Shown: piece after piece, positions 60,325 to 64,000 of the stretch
How the letters are laid out: the number at the start of each line of letters is the position of its first letter
Position numbering within the stretch: position 1 is the first letter of the stretch
Assembly: GCA_965637545.1 (NCBI GenBank)
Contig: OZ281494.1
Location: 8,556,001-8,620,000 of the forward strand
Origin: Phallusia mammillata
Lineage: Eukaryota
DNA: 64,000 bases
Reading direction: 5' to 3'
Made by a program: the position numbers and the translations under genes
The notes under the pieces: model-generated
Databases searched by the model: none
What the model was told of the DNA's origin: nothing
The model's input: only the letters and a program-made list of their open reading frames with translations

Positions 60325-63021
60325 AATTGTTTGTACCTAATATGCGTACCATAGGTCTGGTGCACATGGCTACTGGGCCGGTATAATATATATTTCCATC
60401 CCAGCGAAATCCATTCAAACCATTTTTTTTAAAGCGAAATGTCAGCAAAAGCGTTTTATTTAATTGACACCGGCCGCCAGTACGAGTTTTTAACACATAT
60501 GTTCACTGCCACATAAATTCATCACCGCGCCCGCATGTGACGGTACTGCCTCGCAGACCTAGCGTGCAGTGATTAAAAAATCTACACTAAGGGTGTTTCG
60601 ATAAAAAAATACTTTGCATTTTTAATTTCCAAGCCCCGATTTAACATTAAACATAGACGTGCATATTGTTTACGAAAGTGGAAGACCGCGTTTTGTGTGA
60701 CGAACATAAAGCATGGTAAATGGTAGAAGTTTGCCCTAACCGTATCAAAGAAGTGTAATAGTTTTTGGCAACAAAAATGTCAACTAAGCTGTCAAACGGT
60801 TTGAAGTGGCTTGGAAAATTTGAATTTTTTGCCTCTGTAAGTAACGGTTAACTTCTGTGCGTAGGTGTTGTTGTACTTAAAAAAACTAATATCAAATAAA
60901 GTTTTTCGCCTTATTTGAAATATAAAAGCAAAAACAGATGTTTATACTCACGTATCAGTGCGCTTACGCCGTGTCTCTTATTTTCGAAGTTTTCTGTAAA
61001 AAATAATCGTAATAAAATAATAATTGTGATCGTAATAAAATTGTGATAAATATAACACCAAGAAATATGGTTATGCGTAGTGCAGATTATTACATATCGT
61101 AAACCTTATTTTGGGGTTCGAAAACAGTGGTGTCGCCAGAGCGCTGCATTAACTTTTCTAGGTCTGCATATTCTGCCTGCAAGACATGCCCCGTACCAAA
61201 CCGGTCTTAAATTTCCGGCAGAATGAGTTTTGCGGCCAATTTTATTTGGTCAGGTTTCATAACAAACGCACCAGAATATCTGGTCTGTACCTAACAGGAA
61301 TAGACTAACACGCTTTGCAATATGTTGTATGCGGTTAGCAGGTCACCGCCTCCTCGCGTTTCAGAACAGCGTGCCAACCGGGGCACAGGGCACAACACCT
61401 TCTTCGTGCAAATCCGCCGGGATTTAATATAAGGGAGTGCATATACAGGTGTAAATCATGAGTTGCCAGGGTAGAGACAAGGTTGGCAAGTTCAAAAGAT
61501 AAATAAGATTTCACCTTGCAAATTTAGTCGGTATATATTTACTGTGCAGCGCATTTGGACTGGAATAAGATCAATAAGTTTTGCGATTTAAAATATTTTG
61601 AAACGAAATTAATATAACTTTGCACTGTTGTTTTGCAAAAAACTAACGTAGCAAGAAATAATATGCGAAAGATGACGGAAATAGTTTTTAAATTACCAAT
61701 GTAGCATTTAAATTCCCAGTTATAAATTTTAAAATGCAGCAAAGTAGCGTCTAATGAGTTTTTTTATGTTCTCATTAGTTAGTTTTTTTAATCTTGTTAA
61801 ATTTGAAATTGCGTTTTTTCTTGGCATTACAAGAATGTTGTGCCTTTACGCTTCTACAAAATCCAAAATTTGATGCACTTGTACAAACGCCAACCAGAGT
61901 GACAATTAACAATAAATAGTTTGCAGCATTTAAGGATCACTTGACGACTAATTATTTTAGGGTTTAATATTTTAGTCTGAAAGCCAAGTCATAATTCATT
62001 TCAAATGGCCTTTGCAAAATAGCTTTTCAAAATTAGTTGCTTCCCATTTTAATTTGGCGTCATATTTTGGATTAAAGAAAGTTAAAAAATGTGTCAATAC
62101 GCTAACATTGCACAATTTCGGAGCCAAGAAATACCGTACCAACAATGCGTTACATTTTGTTATGCCTGGATGCTACTTGACGGATTTAGGTGCGAAACTA
62201 AGCAAAGCGTAACCTAAAACTTTACCGATCTCTTTCGATGCTGTCGAGCAACTGGCGCGTGTTGAGGTTTACGCTTTTCGGAACGTCGCGGCCCCATAAC
62301 ACGAGAATACGCACGCCCCCAAGGCTTTGCGTGCTCACGCAAGGGCTGGCTGTGGTGCATGATATGTCGTTGACGCTGGTACGCAATCCCCCGTTACTTG
62401 CAAAAAGCATGACGTTTTTTGTGAACTACAGTCGGGGGGTATATAATGGTCTTGATTTGGGGTTAACATTGCGGAATTTGGCCGTCTGGCAGAACGAGGC
62501 CTTTTTAGCTTATCAGTTATGAGTTAAGTTTATAAACTGAGTTTATGCATGTTTGTGGTGTTAAACGGACTGCTAGTGAAATACTATTTATTAGATATAC
62601 CAGTAACATGATTCTGGCATTGTTCTCGTTTTTGTCTTTGTCCTAGCTAATCAACATGTGATCTTGACTCGCTTCGATGTGCGCTTAAAACAATGACTCG
62701 TCATATATAGTATGTAACCATTGCGGGAGTATCGAAACCCGTTGAAAAATTATAGTGGGTGATTTTTTTAGCAACACGTAATCTCTTCCCACGCTTGGGC
62801 AGGCATGCGCTGTTTGTTAGCCCAAAGGCGCCCAAGCGTGAAAACCTTTTTCGCGACGCCCGAAACGCGAAAGTGCTGGACGCTTAATGTCTGGCCCAGG
62901 TGCGCACTCTTAACACAAGCGCTGCTAAACGTTACGCTTAGTTTCGGCCGGTAAGCATTGGGAAACATGGATAGCAACAGCAACGGCGTTTCACAACGTC
63001 TACGCAGGAGGCTACTGCGTC

Positions 63022-63110
63022 TGAGTCATCACACTCAGAGGCTATAAAAAGATTTATATTGGACGACGCTTTAGTATAAAACAGCGAGCGAGTTGCTATG
63101 GACATTAGTT
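63022..63110 (+). promoter_or_regulatory. Core promoter candidate for the downstream secreted-protein gene (AP-1 site, two TATA boxes, Inr-like)
   Basis: TGAGTCA 63022-63028; TATAAAA 63043-63049 and 63075-63081; Inr-like TTAGTT 63105-63110, about 30 nt after the second TATA. Confidence 0.5.
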
Positions 63111-63233
63111 GAAACGAGAACAAATCCCGAGCACACTAGAATCATGTTACTGCTGGACACTATTTTGCTACTCTCACTTTGCCGATTCGGCACCTACAGT
63201 CAGCCAGCACGCAGGAGAAAATCAAATAGCGGA

Positions 63234-63917
63234 ATGGCATTACTGCTTTGTAAATTCGGACTGTTGTTATTAAGCTGCAGGTTGGTGCAGTCAGCCGCCC
63301 TACCCCAGGGCGCGCAAAGTCTTTCTTCAGCCGCCACTTCGGAGGCCTCCTCGATGGCGGGTCAGCGTATCAGAACCAGGTCACTGCTCAGGCGGATCGC
63401 CTGCGCTTTTGACGACTGCAGAGGCAAAACTCGTAGCGTGAGGGACATTACGTTCAACGCTATGCAGCAAGACGTTACTGAGCGGCTACACGTGGAGGTA
63501 GTCAACCAGGTCAATCTTCGCAGGCTGTGGCCTCGTCACTTGAGCAAAAACTCAAGAATGCGGCTTGCCAGGGGTCGTAAGAAGCGAGTGTGGACGGTCT
63601 GGAAACGCAACGAGACCGTTATGTTTGGTATTCCAGTTGCCAACACACCTATCAACAACATGTATCGCTTCATGTCTGTTGCCAAAAAGACCGAGAACAG
63701 GCCGGCGCGTCTGTACCTCACTGGAGCGATGCCTGCCCCTGAACTTCTTCTGCAATCCGACGACCGTGCTTTTGAGATCACGGGGACGAAACTCACAAAC
63801 CATCGCTATCTTTTACACAACGTGTCCGGCGCGTTCCTCGGCACCGATGATGGCCGTAGTGTACTTTTGACCGAGATGGGAGACGCAATCGACTGGGGCT
63901 TCGAGCTAGAGGACTGA
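63234..63917 (+). CDS. Intronless secreted protein (227 aa; 257 aa if ATG 63144 is used); putative beta-trefoil (IL-1/FGF-like fold) pro-protein
   Basis: Long GC-richer ORF (track 63093..63917, whose TTG start is unlikely in a eukaryote). ATG 63234 is in good Kozak context (ggaATGg) and is followed by signal peptide MALLLCKFGLLLLSCRLVQSA. RSVR and RKKR basic sites are present. The Cys-free C-terminal ~130 aa shows three trefoil-like repeats. TGA at 63915-63917. Confidence 0.75.
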   Translation: MALLLCKFGLLLLSCRLVQSAALPQGAQSLSSAATSEASSMAGQRIRTRSLLRRIACAFDDCRGKTRSVRDITFNAMQQDVTERLHVEVVNQVNLRRLWPRHLSKNSRMRLARGRKKRVWTVWKRNETVMFGIPVANTPINNMYRFMSVAKKTENRPARLYLTGAMPAPELLLQSDDRAFEITGTKLTNHRYLLHNVSGAFLGTDDGRSVLLTEMGDAIDWGFELED

Positions 63918-64000
63918 GTACGATGTTTTATTTCTGTACGTATAGAACCGATTTGAGGTGCTAAAAGTTTCCGTCGTAGGTACCTCAAGTTCACTCGCCG

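Noticed and set aside
57200-63000. Additional gene in the 6-kb interval between the two genes
   Set aside because: Only short, low-complexity ORFs and repeat fragments; no chain of splice-compatible exons on either strand.
63093-63143. TTG-initiated N-terminal extension shown in the ORF track
   Set aside because: This is a eukaryotic locus; the TTG overlaps the likely TSS region just after the TATA box, and in-frame ATGs with signal peptides follow.
63234-63917. TGF-beta, neurotrophin or other cystine-knot pro-protein (signal + pro-region + basic sites)
   Set aside because: There are no cysteines after the basic cleavage sites, so no cystine knot is possible.

Overview
This is a eukaryotic (animal) genomic window: AT-rich, intron-dense and full of tRNA-derived SINEs and hAT-type MITEs. 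An invertebrate such as an ascidian is plausible, but that is inference only. About 56 kb (321-56663, + strand) is one giant gene whose 5' end lies outside the window. I could chain about 80 exons by hand with consistent splice phases, giving about 16.2 kb of visible CDS (about 5,400 aa) plus whatever lies in a 200-N assembly gap. The product is a type-I membrane protein: (1) more than 3,400 aa of CxxGxYCPxG Cys-rich (GCC2_GCC3/ephrin-receptor-like) repeats organised as a ~689-aa super-repeat; (2) an RRRR furin site; (3) a cupredoxin-like juxtamembrane domain; (4) one TM helix; (5) a ~1,550-aa cytoplasmic tail with [D/H]PxTG hairpin repeats, long coiled coils and a zincin-like HCxxH module, and no kinase domain. 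A second, intronless gene (63234-63917, +) encodes a small secreted protein whose mature part looks like an IL-1/FGF-type beta-trefoil. The most unexpected non-coding signals are minimal hammerhead-ribozyme motifs in sense-strand introns: one sits at the apex of a perfect 51-bp inverted repeat flanked by a 12-bp TSD, and others belong to a short retroposon family with 13-bp TSDs. Also notable are four GC-AG introns confined to the tail-coding half and two tandem duplications across splice donors in which the duplicated donor is inactivated. All calls were made by eye; no database searches were run.
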